Shown: positions 38,889 through 50,599 of the stretch, one piece after another
Layout of the letters: each line of letters starts with the position of its first letter
Position numbering within the stretch: position 1 is the first letter of the stretch
NCBI GenBank assembly: GCA_043228905.1
Contig: JBHGNT010000016.1
Span: 3,162,001-3,226,000 of the forward strand
Length of the DNA stretch: 64,000 nt
Direction of reading: 5' to 3'
DNA from: Azolla caroliniana
Taxonomy: Eukaryota > Plantae > Polypodiophyta
The notes under the pieces: generated by a model
Databases searched by the model: none
What the model was told of the DNA's origin: nothing
The model's input: the letters and a program-made list of their open reading frames with translations, nothing else
Program-made: the position numbers and the translations under genes

Positions 38889-41800
38889 TCAATACAAATG
38901 AACCGAAACGTTACTCACATTGGGTTGAACCCCATCGATATAATCACTATGTTTTCCTCGTAGAAGATCAACAAGAGGCATTTCCAAATATTCATGTAAT
39001 GCATCTTTCTCCACTATTTTTTTCTCTTCTTCCATTGTCACTATGATGACCCTTTTTCTCCATGTCAAAAGTTCATTAGCCACTACGGCATGAACTCCAT
39101 ACTTCTTTTGTGCATCCTTCGCTTTCTGAATCAAGATTGTTAGGTCGGTTTCGAGCTACAAAAGCAAAACACAAAAGACAATATGTAACATGATCTTGGA
39201 TTATAAATCCTAACAGTAAGAGTAATGTCAACATTATCACATGCACAAATGCTATGGCAATATCATGCCAAAGGGATGTCAACTTGATAGTACAGCTCTA
39301 CCTTCACAATGTTGGTACTGTATGGTAAGGTAATAAAAAAAAACAATCATGCCAAAGGGATCACGTTAACTTGACAGTAGAACTCCATCCTTGATAATGT
39401 TGGTATTGTCACAGGAACATGTAAATACTATGCCAAGGGGATTGAGTCATTAATCTCACAGGTGAACTCTATCTTATCTTGTTAGTTATGATTCTTTATG
39501 GAACTTTGTTCTCATTAATTGGAAAGGTAACCCTATCTTTTTTTGTTAGTTATGATTCACCTTGAAAGACACAAAATGCTGAAGGAGCCCAGTCTTTCCT
39601 CAGTGCTGCAATCATTTTGGGAACACTTGAACGTTGCATTGCTAAAGGGCTTACCACAGATTGTATTTTATGTTCATCCTGTTATATACAAGAAGAAGAA
39701 ATGATTTAATAGAAATTTATTACCAAATGCCACAACCAGTATTCTCAAATGTTAAAAATGCACTCTTCTCACCATGGCATCCTATGGAACATAAAAGTCT
39801 GATACTGCAGCAGAAAGGTAGAACATTGCATCCCTCTTAAGGTAGTTCATAATTGTTGCAATGATGTGCAAACTCTGCTTCGTATCACATACACTTCAAT
39901 TGGATGGAAAGAAACAGTAACAAGAATGAATCAGTACAAGTTACCGTAACTCAAAAAGGTAGTCAACCTGTAGATATTCAAAGATTGTCGAAAAAGGTAC
40001 TTTCAAGAGCTTTTCTCCAATCATGGCCTGTAATCAAGAACATGTTATGTTACTCAATAGTTTGATATAGGAAACAGTTAAAACCTCCAAAACCTAACCT
40101 CGTGATGGGATCTAACTGCATCCTCCACAATTGACTGGTATTTCCTCTGGACTGCAACAATATAGAAATAACATCGAACTATTGTATTTGTTTTCCTGAT
40201 TTTATGTAATACAAATCATGCTTAGAGTCAAGTAGACCTAGACAACATCAAGCCTAAAATATGAGAAATGTATCATCACTGATTTAGACAGATTTAAGAT
40301 GACACAAGATAATGCCTTCATAAGCAAGACATGCGAAGACTAGCTATGAATACTAAACCTTTGGAAGATTGGATAGAATGCAACAAGATTCAAATTGTTC
40401 CCTGTTCTCTTGAATGCCTAAATTGTAATCACTGTTTTTAGCCCAATGATTTGGCAACCTTCAATCTCAAATTGCTTTTAGTGCTATATAAGCATGGCAA
40501 CAGCTCCATGAACAATGACCGGTAGGTGATCCTCACATTAACCACTCAACGTGAAGGTGGAATTGTCTCATATTTCTACAACATGTGTTCCAGCATGAAG
40601 ATCAGCAATATCCATCAATATGACTCAGCGTTCATAAAGTTTTTGTGTACGTTTTCAGAATTCCATTTCTACTTCTTGGTAGGCTCTCAGAAATTCAGCG
40701 GTTTACAAAACCTCACACAAGACCCTCCACTCAAACTCAATGTCACTAATATCTCGCATACTCTCTTAATTCCAATGGGTCCTTGCCACATGGAAAATAG
40801 ATTGCACATTTCACAAGAAATCAGTGATCTATTTTAGCCGCCTTGTTCATGTTTTTCTCATTCTATGATGAATGCTTGATGTTTGCGATGATCCTGTTTA
40901 TTTATGATGGTAACAACGGACATCTGTTCACCCTAGGGCCCATTTTAAAATTTTACCATGAGAAGAGGAAACCTTGCCTTGAGCGGCTTGTCTTTCCTTT
41001 CTTAGAATGTCAATCTCTCACATTTACTTGCTTGTCTACCAATTGTGCATGCTTTCTCTTATTTTCTCAAATCTTGTCTTCTTGCAATCATCAATATCTT
41101 CTTTCATATTTACTGGTTCAACTCCTTTGGCATAGGCCAATGTTATTTTGTGATACATGTCTTAAATGGTCCTTAGTACAAGAACCATTACTTGACACTC
41201 TCATTTCCTGTATCCACCAACCCCTTGCAGGCCAATTATTGAGAACATCTCTAATTTGAATCTTTAGATAGGGCTGCCAAAGTGAACAAAAGAAAAGAAA
41301 GAAAGTGAAGAAAATATTTGGGTAAAATCTAAGACGAAATCATAGATGTGTGTTTTGTTTCCCAATGATCTACTTACATAGGGTAAGAAATCTGTAGTAT
41401 CTTTTTACAGCACTAAAAAACATCACAGAATCATGGGTCTCTCTCAGGCTTCCAGATCTTTGAATACCTTGATTGGATGTATTCCAAATATGGATTTGAA
41501 AATATGCAAATATGACCTTTTGAATGGGTTTACCTTGAATTCCTGAACTATCTGATGGTTCAAAACACGTGAAGAAAGCATTTTCTGGAAGATGTCTGGA
41601 AAAAGGCTAAATTGTTCCCCTGCATAATAGTTCAATGAAACAACCACTCGCATCATGAAAACTGAAATTTATCATAATTGGCTCAATCATATTGTGAAGA
41701 TGATCATACCTTCTATATAAAAAGATGACTGCATAACCTGCCTTCAAGAAGTATCTGCAAAAACAGAAATGAATATTAAACTCTAACTGATTTTAAACTA

Positions 41801-43986
41801 CATGTCTGCAAATGCACATATTTTTAAGACACAATGTTATAAATAATTAGGCTAGTAAATCATCTGCTCTATAATAACCAAGCAACAAATCACTTAAGAA
41901 TATCAAAGATTTAAATCTCAGTTGCGGGAACCCTAGTTGTTGAAATACAGCTGCATCATAGTCCCAATAAAAGCAAATGTTGCTTCAAACCGAGAAATAG
42001 AACAGTCATTTCCTGCCGTATCTAAAATTTTCAGTCTCCTCAAGGTTTACAAATGTCACAATAACCAGCATTTCTCAAATTCTTTGTCTTTTCTACAGAC
42101 ACACATATCCTGATTTTTCCTGAATTTGGTTCATTTGCAAAAGTCCCTTCCTTATGTTGTGTAAAGGCGTCCCTCCTTGCGGGGGAGTCGGCCGAAAAGT
42201 CGACTTGAGTGTCGACTGGTCGAAATCGGCCGAAAAGTCGAAAGGAGTCGAATTACCGAAATCGGCCGAAAAACCGAAAAACCGAATTTGGTCGAAATTC
42301 GGAAAGTAAAAGAATAGTCGGTTGCAAAGGAGGGACTCGGCCGAAAAGTCGACTTGAGTGTCGACTGGTCGAAATCGGCCGAAAAGTCGAAAGGAGTCGA
42401 ATTACCGAAATCGGCCGAAAAACCGAAAAACCGAATTTGGTCGAAATTCGGAAAGTAAAAGAATAGTCGGTTGCAAAGAACCGAATCATGGGTTAGCTGA
42501 TCGAATTCGGTGAGAGAGTCAAATTCATATTCAGTCGAATAGACACACATATACATATACATATGTCTTCTACATTCAAAGAAGAAAATGACTTAGTATA
42601 TATATGCTAACAGGCCTAGTAGTGCGCCTGTATGCGGGATAACTCACTAAGAGTGAAATAGTGAGAAAAGGGGAAAACCTACATAGCGTATGTGAGGGTG
42701 TGAGATATATATATATATATATATATGAGAGAAAAACGAGTTGCGTGTGTGGTGTAAATCTGAGAACGACTGGTTTTCTGCACAGTAGTGGCTGTGTAAG
42801 AGTATACGTACTCAGAAGCTAAGTAAGAAGAAAAGAAGTGTGAAGCAAAAGAGAAAAAGACAGGGAAGCTTCGGAAGGAATAGTCACCTGCGTGCTAGAG
42901 TTTGAAGAGCTTGACTGAAATCGTGGTTTCAGTACATGCTCATACCAAATCAGGTTTCATTGTTCTGTGATTGTATTCTGTCATTTCTCATAGTGAAATT
43001 TCTGTTCTGTGGTTTTTCCCTAAATCAGGGTTTTCCACGTAAATTGTGTGTTCTTTCTTATTTCCTGTTTGCGTCTAAGTTCAATTTCTGATTTCGAATC
43101 GGAGTGAAACTCTTTCACCTTACTATCATTTCTTCATTTTTTAAGAATACCTTCTGTAAAGATATAGGTAATATATCCATAGATGTAGAATTTACAAGAT
43201 TTGTAGCAAGCAAAATAAAAGACGAGACATCCTTATCGGCACTTCCTAGATTATAATAAAGTTTCTGCAAAGTAGAAAAATACAGAAACATACACAAAAT
43301 CAGAAATGGGTTTCAGCATCATTGAACACATGGCATCAGAGTGGTAATCAAAAAACAGAAAAACAATTAAAAGAAGGGTAGTTTTTGGCCAAAGAAGTCA
43401 TTTAATACCTCCTGTAATCCTAAAATAAAAATAAGGAAGTTGTAACTGGAAAGCAAGAAAGAAAAGTTCAGCAAATATCTTTTTCAAAGATGTCTAGCCA
43501 TGAAAACCAATGATCCAGAACTATTTCCCCCTTTGCTCCTATCCTTTTCCAGTTCTTTTAGCACTGTGGCAGAAAAGTTCTCCTAAATGTTTCAATTTCT
43601 TCACGTAATAATATGGCCTAGTAGTCACAAATTATAGTAAGTATCGTGGAAGGTTACTCCGTGGATGCAACTCCTTGGTTTCCTGAGCTGAAATTATCAA
43701 TAAAATGGACACATCGGCGCTCCAAAGGAACTTTTGTGCCACAACTAGATGAGATTTTGTTTCAACTGTAGATATGATAAATGTTTTACATAAAGACTAC
43801 ACATGATAGTATAAGTTATCATGATAGCATAAGTTTGTGCAAGAAGTTCATGAGACTTAACAGATATAATCAACAAATGATTGAACTTTCTCTTGTATAA
43901 GACTTCCATCTTTGAGACTTGGTGCTGATTTGAAAAACTTATCCGAATCTGACAACTCTTTTTCAGCCTCTAAGAATTTCTGCCAT
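38889..43986 (-). pseudogene. PPCS: Phosphopantothenate--cysteine ligase (PPCS/CoaB) pseudogene
   Basis: Exons encode FFKSAPSLKDG (~43986-43860), [28 protein letters not shown] (~43766-43658), YFLKAGYAVIFLYRR (~41755-41710), KVPFSTIFEYLQ (~40027-39969), AMFYLSAAVSDFYVP* (~39874-39773), EHKIQS..VPKMI..WAP (39678-39561) and LETD..YGVHAVVANELL (from 39155). Lesions: TGG>TAG at 39784-39782; frameshifts just after the ATG, before the TSGGT motif and in the 118-nt exon. Confidence 0.88.
42155..43117. mobile_element. Solo LTR (963 bp, Copia-like) in a PPCS intron
   Basis: TG...CA ends; perfect 5-bp TSD CCTTA (42150-42154 and 43118-43122); internal ~150-bp tandem duplication at about 42183-42478; GGGTTTTCCACGTAAAT motif near the 3' end, as recalled from Tork/Tnt1-like LTRs. 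Confidence 0.88.
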
Positions 43987-45078
43987 ACAGTTTTTCAAAA
44001 CCTAATAAAGGGGATTTGAAAAGTAGGAACTTCTTATTGAAGCAATGGAATTAGAAAAACTATGAATCAAAGTATTCACTTAATCAAATAGAAGTTTTGG
44101 CATAAGAAGCAAGTGAAGGAACGCTGTTTTAAAATCACGATTATGCTAAGCCATGGTAGCACGTCTTTTTCCTTAATAGGATTCTCAGTTTACTCATTCA
44201 TACTATGATATGTTGCAGAAAGAGTTGAATGACTCCATCATTGATAGCTTCCCCCAAATATGCCCTCCCCAAAGAGTTCTTTTGTAGCTTACTATTTGGA
44301 CAACCACCACCAAAAATCGTTTCTTGAGGAAGCCTCTCCTTGCATTTCCAAATTCCTGCAGTATTGTTAAAGATGCTCTATGTAGATCTATGTCCACTTC
44401 ATCCTTTACTCAATCATTGCATATGTTGATTATTGTGCATGACTACAAACAGCAAGGGAGTTATGATAATATCACCAGTTACATTGAATAGCTTACCTAT
44501 TTCTGTACAGACATCTGCTTCACAGTAGGCATGACTAAGCCTTTTCGATTTGAATCCTCATAAAATCCACTGGAATGTTGCAAAGCGTACTTTGCTATAA
44601 ATCTTGAGAGATAATAAAACCATCACCAACTTCTCCGAATGTGTCTGTGAATTAGTTGTTACTTACCTTCGCATTGATCGTAACCAATTCTTTGGTTTTA
44701 TTTGTCATTGTGGCTCCTAGTAGACCTCAACATATTTTTTCTTTCTTCCAAGCACTGAATCTATGCACTGATTGATTGGTATTGCTTCCTCATGATTATG
44801 TATATATTAAAGTTGTTTATGTTTTAGAAGGCTAGATTATAAACACATTTTATTTTTGTTATATGAGATATTTTTATATCCTCGGAGCTATCAGTTCTTT
44901 TCTTTTCATTCCTTTTTCTCCTTATGCACGCATGGCATAACCCAAGCGGAATATATACAAAATTTGCATTCAATCGGTCATTCAGGTAGAGTTTCTTTGG
45001 CCTCCCATGGATGTTAAATAGAACTACAAGTTTTCTTTCTCCTTTAATCTCTCTTTCTTCCCTAACCTCTCTTGTGGC

Positions 45079-45699
45079 TAGCAATGGGCATGGTTTCGGC
45101 TCAAACCGAACCGAACCGTTAAACCATGGCTTAATGGTTTATTGGTTGAAAGACAAATAAAACGTTCTGTTTGGTTTCAAATGTTATGATCCGGTTTGGT
45201 TCGGTTTTGAATTTCATGGTTTAGCGTTTTCGGTTTATGTGGTTCGGTTTAAAGGTTTAAAGATTTATAAGTTTAAAGGTTTATAGGTTTATAGGTTTAA
45301 AAATATTCTTAAAATTTCATCTCTAGGCTCTAACTTTCAACTTTTAATTTTAAACCTCTAGACTCTAACTTATTAAATTTTATATTCATTATAAGTAGAG
45401 TCTCCTTTTAATGTATGATTATCAAATTTATGATAAGTATGATGACCAAATTTATAATATGTATGATGACCAATTTTATGGCAAGTATTATGACCAAAAT
45501 TATGGTGATTTTCTCACACAAATTCATAATATGTATGATAATCAATATCTCTAAAACATGGTTTGGTTTGGTTTTAATTTATGATAAACCGGTTTGGTTT
45601 GGTTCTAAATTTTCCATAAACGGTTTGGTTTGGTTTTTTTTATAAATAAATGGTTTGGTTTGGTTTCAAGGCCAAGAAACCGAACCGGGCCCATTGCTA
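45079..45699. mobile_element. hAT-family MITE (621 bp)
   Basis: TIRs TAGCAATGGGC and GCCCATTGCTA; perfect 8-bp TSD CTTGTGGC (45071-45078 and 45700-45707); AAACCGAACC/GGTTTGGTT subterminal repeats. Confidence 0.93.
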
Positions 45700-46072
45700 C
45701 TTGTGGCAAAAATCTATGGTTATCGCCTAATCTTTCCCCCTCTGCATATTGTTCTCTCTCTCTCTCTCTCTCTCTCTCGTAAATAATGGCTTTCATTACG
45801 AAAGAAAAAAACACCACCATGACTAACTTACTACAAAGTATAGAACCTTCTATCTAGGGATCTAAAGAATACTACAACACCAAATTGAATGCCACCCTAC
45901 ACACCAATTCAAATGGCGAGTACGATGATATGTGACCTTGCAAAGTTCTCTCTCTTCCTGGTTGAGATTTCGTGACTTCTCTAGCACTGTCAATTGCCAC
46001 AAAAGAAGTCCTTTTAACTTTAGAACATATTTTCTCACCCCGACTTGCGAATAAAAAAAGAAGGCATTCCGT

Positions 46073-47126
46073 TGTCGTGAAGATTCCGGGCCATGGTGAG
46101 AAACCGGGGAATATCGGAAGAATCAGCGGGGTGGAGCATGTGCACTCACCCTTGTACAAATGGTGTAGGTGATAGGGGCGCCTTTATGGCGACGAGTAGG
46201 AGTTAAGTTGGGACAAAGAATCCCATGTAAATCGAGATTTATCCCACATTGTAACGCATCCCTCTCTTTGTTCTATAAAAGGAAGGGAGGGTCCCTTGTA
46301 GAGGGGTTGCCCATTTTGAGTTAGGAGGGTATACCATTAGATTTAGGGCTAGGTAGTTTTCTCTTATTCTTATTTTCTTAGGGTTTCTACTTTGGTCTCC
46401 CTCACCCTATTTCATTATAGGGTTTCATTTTGGGTTTTTTTCTGGTTTGATTCCTTCTTCTTGAGTGGAGGTTTAGTACTTCGTCTCGTTCTTCATCTTG
46501 TGAGAGATCATGGAGGATTTAGGGTTTCGGGTTTCTATATGTGATCTAGGTTTCATAAGCTTGGGGTTTTGGGTTTACCTTCTTCTTGGTCGAGTTAGTG
46601 TTTTGGTTCAGGGTTTCTGCAACATCGGCTCTTCGGCATTTCGGTGGCGGCACTTGGAGGTTCGGTTTCCTCTCCTCGATGGAGAGTGTTTCGCATCGCG
46701 GCCGGTTCAAGAAGGGAGGGCGAAGTGGCACGAGAACACTCCATCGTCTTCGGGGCGTGACCAACGATGGACGTCGCAGTCCCAGCGGCCCACTTGACTC
46801 GCCTTCACCGGTCCCCCATTCCCATCTTGATGTATTGGCTTATGGATATGTAATAGCCACCGGATTCGGGGCATGTAACCGTCTTGTTGTAAAGCTCTTG
46901 TAATATATATTCATGTTAGCGTATATCTATCTTCCTTGTAACATATTTGAGTCGGGTCCATATTCGCGGTGAACCATCTTTTTGGGAAACCCTACATTCA
47001 TTGGAGCCGGAAGCCGATTCCGAACCGAAGCCCACAAAGCTGAAGGACTCCACCATTCGTCTCCCTAGTCCAAGACCCCCGCGGTCCCGCCTAAGATCCT
47101 ACACGTACTCGCGAAATGTCGTGACA
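46073..47126. mobile_element. Solo LTR (1054 bp) inserted in the LINE
   Basis: TGTCGTGA...TCGTGACA ends; flanks CCGT / CCGC (4-bp TSD, one mismatch); CTATAAAAGG TATA at about 46273. The LINE frame rejoins as WNMR|NAFF when the insert is removed. Confidence 0.82.
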
Positions 47127-48131
47127 CCGCATATTCCAATTGAACCATAGCCCCCAATACCTCAAGAACTCAAAAATAATTTGAAAATAAGGCATTGGTT
47201 CATTGTTCTCCATATGTGCAAAAACCCAACTAAAGGAAGATAGACTTACTCCTATTAGAGACATCCACACTAAACTGATACACCTCCAAACCATCATTGC
47301 CATCGGGCATGAAATAAATCGATGCCTACTATGTTCCAATTCCACCGAACAAAAGAAACACAATCCTTTAGTAATGTTTCTTTTTTTAATGCATCCCCTA
47401 ATGGTAAATCTCCAACCATAACTCTCCAAATAAATACCTTGGCTCGTAGCATCAATCGAGAACACCAACCTGCCTTGATCACATGAAACCACCAAGTAAT
47501 GGGCTTATGAAAACCCATATCTTTATAACCCTTTCTTCTAACCACTTATGTTTGTCAATCAACTTATGATAAGCAACATTCATTGAGATCATAGTCAATC
47601 TCTTATTTCCAACAAACCTCCAATCAAGCTCTTGAGATCGCCCATCTAAATCAGGAATTGGCTCATGCGAAGATAGTATTTGTTGCAACTTATCCCAAAT
47701 AAAGTTATAACCTTTTGGAATACGAAATGTTGATCTAATTGTTTGAAAAGCCATTACTCTTCTTTGTGAAACCAACTGTCAAGATTCGAACTATTGACAC
47801 GACCATGTTATAATCTACTATTATGAGTTAACCAAGATATCTAGTACTAGTTATGTATGTAATTGTTCCTTATTATTTTGCTAGCATCATGTGCATAGTT
47901 GCTCCCTTGTAGTATTTACACTTGGCACATGCATGCATACCTACATGCTCTATTGTAGATTCACATGCGTGCAACAAGTATGCATGCCATGTAGTATAAA
48001 TAGAGGAGTTCACCTTGAAGGAATTCAAGGTGAACAACACCAGTTATGGAGTCTTTCCTTTAGTACTATATTCTTTCTTGTCCATTTGGTTATCTTCTTC
48101 GTTGTCTCTTGAGTTTATGATCCGTGACAGT

Positions 48132-48142
48132 TTGTTCACCTT
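48132..48142 (+). promoter_or_regulatory. Putative self-priming PBS (TTGTTCACCTT)
   Basis: Lies 2 nt after the 5' LTR and is the perfect reverse complement of AAGGTGAACAA (48027-48037), which begins about 25 nt after TATAAATA (47995-48002). Confidence 0.75.
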
Positions 48143-48179
48143 CCCATCCTCATAGCTCTCCCTCTCATAAGCCATAGCT

Positions 48180-49025
48180 ATGTCCGACTCAACTAGTGAG
48201 TTAGGCCAAATAATGGTAGCCTTACGACAACTACAGAGCCTTGAAAATGAAGCTCTTCGAAATTCTTTACAAGAACTTCAAGTCGGTACCTCCCTATCCT
48301 CACAACCCCCGAACCCTAGTCTCCCACAACAACCTAGCCTAGAGCCCGATCTTCTACCAACATCTAGCCTAGCTTCGTCACAGTTTCTTGAGCCTAAGGT
48401 TAGCCTCCCAGAAAAATTTGATGGAACGAGGTCGCGTTTCCGAGGGTTCATCAACCAAGTTCGACTTATCATTCGGCTACAACCTCAACGTTATGGAGAT
48501 GGTCTTCGACAAGTCGGCCTTGTGGGCACCCTTCTCTCCGGTCCGGCCCAAGCTTGGTTTGCACCATTGGTAGAAACCTCATCACCTTTATTGGAGGACT
48601 TTCCCGCCTTCCTCGCCGAGTTAGAGGCCACATTTGGAGAGACGGACCGACGACGTATAGCTCTTAACAAGATTTATGCACTCGAACAAGGTTCACGTGC
48701 AGCTTCGGTCTATGCTTCCGAATTTCGACAACTAGCATGCGACGTCAATTGGGATGATCAAGCTTTAGCTGATCACTTTCGGCGCGGTCTTCGAAGCAAT
48801 GTCAAGAATCTTCTCTTAAACTTTCCGGAGCCCACCTCGTTATCCCAAGCGATTTCACAAGCAGTCCATTGTGACAATCGTCTTTTCGAATTTCGCCAAG
48901 AAGAGCGCCGGACTTGGTTCCCACCTCATTCACTTCCACGCCACGCCCCGGTCATACAACCCCAAGCATCCTCGCACTCCGCCCTGGGGATGCTGCTTAT
49001 GCTCAACAATCTAGACGTTTGTTGA
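48180..49025 (+). CDS. Gag (Ty3/Gypsy retrotrans_gag capsid), C-terminally truncated
   Basis: EPKVSLPEKFDGTRSRFRGFINQV, LLSGPAQAW and LEQGSRAASVYASEFRQLA..WDDQAL..FRRGL. No zinc knuckle. Confidence 0.88.
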   Translation: MSDSTSELGQIMVALRQLQSLENEALRNSLQELQVGTSLSSQPPNPSLPQQPSLEPDLLPTSSLASSQFLEPKVSLPEKFDGTRSRFRGFINQVRLIIRLQPQRYGDGLRQVGLVGTLLSGPAQAWFAPLVETSSPLLEDFPAFLAELEATFGETDRRRIALNKIYALEQGSRAASVYASEFRQLACDVNWDDQALADHFRRGLRSNVKNLLLNFPEPTSLSQAISQAVHCDNRLFEFRQEERRTWFPPHSLPRHAPVIQPQASSHSALGMLLMLNNLDVC

Positions 49026-50599
49026 AACCCGACCAATTGCATCTGTTTGCCACTTGTATGTTGCAGGATGATTCTTTACTCCAACAAATCACTGATGCAT
49101 CCAAGACCGATGCGTTCGCCAACGAGATTCGAGATAGTTTGCAAAACCCCTCCAAGGCGACCAAAAGGAAGGATCTTGACACCTTCACCATACAAGAGGG
49201 TTTGTTGTTCGGAGATCATCTCTTATACGTCCCAAAGGGCCCATGTCGCACCCAGGTGTTGCGGGAATGCCACGATGACCCACTTGCAGGTCATTTCGGG
49301 GTCGCAAAAACCCTCGAGCTAATCTCTCGGGGGTATTGGTGGCCACAACCATGGAAGCTGGTCAAAGAATACATAAAGAGTTGTGAGGTTTGTGCTCGCT
49401 CCAAAGCCATTCATCATCGGCCATACGGCTTACTACAGCCGCTTCCATGTCCTCGTCGTCCTTGGGCCTCTATCTCTATGGACCTGATAACTGATCTACC
49501 CTTGGTCAATAGCTATGACTCGGTGTTGGTCGTTGTCGATCGGTTTACGAAGATGGCTCACTTCACTCCATGCTCCAAAACCATTTCCGGAGAAGGAATG
49601 GTGCATCTCCTACTCAACAATGTAGTACGCTTGCATGGACTCCCCGATGATGTCATCTCGGATCGCGGACCCCAGTTTGTCTCTCACTTCTGGCAGCGCC
49701 TGCTACAAAATTTAGGCATCTCTGTCAAGTTGTCCTCCGCTTATCACCCCCAAACTGACGGGCAAACGGAGCGTGTCAACCAAATCCTTGAGCAGTATCT
49801 TCGGTGCTCGGTTAGTTACCAACAAGATGATTGGGTCAACTTACTTTCGCTCGCGGAATTCGCCTACAATAATTCACTCCATGCATCGACTGGCGTCACT
49901 CCCTTCTTTGCCAACTACGGTTTACATCCTCGCTTCAACATTTCCCTTCCTACCACTTCCGTGAACCCTTCGGCGGAGGATCGTGGCCGCATTTTGGAAG
50001 AAGTACATCATGATTTATCCTTGGAGCTTAGTCTTGCTAATGAACGATACAAGAAGCAGGCTGATCGCCATCGATCTTCCACTCCACACTTTGTCGTTGG
50101 AGACATGGTCTGGTTGTTACGTCGACACATCTCTACTACTCGTCCATGTGCGAAACTTGATTACAAGAAGTTGGGACCATTCCGTATCATCGAGTGCATC
50201 AATCCCGTCGCCTTCCAGCTCGCCCTTCCATCCCACTTCCGGATTCACGATGTTTTTCATGTCTCCCTCCTCGAACCCCATTATGCTTCACAACTCCCAG
50301 GACGTCAAGCCCCACCACCACCACCACCTGTGCAATTGACGACAGGGGAGGAATACGAGGTCGACCAAATTCTTGACTCGCGTTGGCACCGTCGACACTT
50401 GCAATACCTCGTCCTATGGAGGGGTTACCCCATGTCCGAGGCCACATGGGAACCATCGGAAAATTTACAAAATGCCCCAGAGGTCGTCCAAGATTTTCAT
50501 CACCGATATCCCCACAAACCAGCGGCCGATTTGGGAAGGCGGCGGCGTAAGAGGGGGGATAATGTCAAGATTCGAACTCTTGACACGACCATGTTATAA
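48914..50599 (+). CDS. Integrase (HHCC, DDE core, GPY/F) plus chromodomain
   Basis: CHDDPLAGHFG...CEVC, SMDLITDLP, SDRGPQF, HPQTDGQTER, LGPFRI, HDVFHVSLL, and chromodomain EYEVDQILDSR..LQYLVLWRGYP..EATWEP. First in-frame ATG at 49058. The ORF runs through the PPT into the 3' LTR. Confidence 0.92.
   Translation: MVPTSFTSTPRPGHTTPSILALRPGDAAYAQQSRRLLKPDQLHLFATCMLQDDSLLQQITDASKTDAFANEIRDSLQNPSKATKRKDLDTFTIQEGLLFGDHLLYVPKGPCRTQVLRECHDDPLAGHFGVAKTLELISRGYWWPQPWKLVKEYIKSCEVCARSKAIHHRPYGLLQPLPCPRRPWASISMDLITDLPLVNSYDSVLVVVDRFTKMAHFTPCSKTISGEGMVHLLLNNVVRLHGLPDDVISDRGPQFVSHFWQRLLQNLGISVKLSSAYHPQTDGQTERVNQILEQYLRCSVSYQQDDWVNLLSLAEFAYNNSLHASTGVTPFFANYGLHPRFNISLPTTSVNPSAEDRGRILEEVHHDLSLELSLANERYKKQADRHRSSTPHFVVGDMVWLLRRHISTTRPCAKLDYKKLGPFRIIECINPVAFQLALPSHFRIHDVFHVSLLEPHYASQLPGRQAPPPPPPVQLTTGEEYEVDQILDSRWHRRHLQYLVLWRGYPMSEATWEPSENLQNAPEVVQDFHHRYPHKPAADLGRRRRKRGDNVKIRTLDTTML

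Noticed and set aside
42152-42562. ORFs in the GC-rich 150-bp duplication
   Set aside because: They lie inside a solo LTR with a TSD and are repeat-derived frames.
48180-49025. Domesticated PEG10/RTL-like gag gene
   Set aside because: It is flanked by near-identical LTRs, a PPT and a TSD, so it is a recent retrotransposon copy.
48914-49025. Programmed -1 frameshift joining Gag to integrase
   Set aside because: The frames are in a -1 relationship, but I find no canonical slippery heptamer in the overlap. The offset is explained by the deletion junction.
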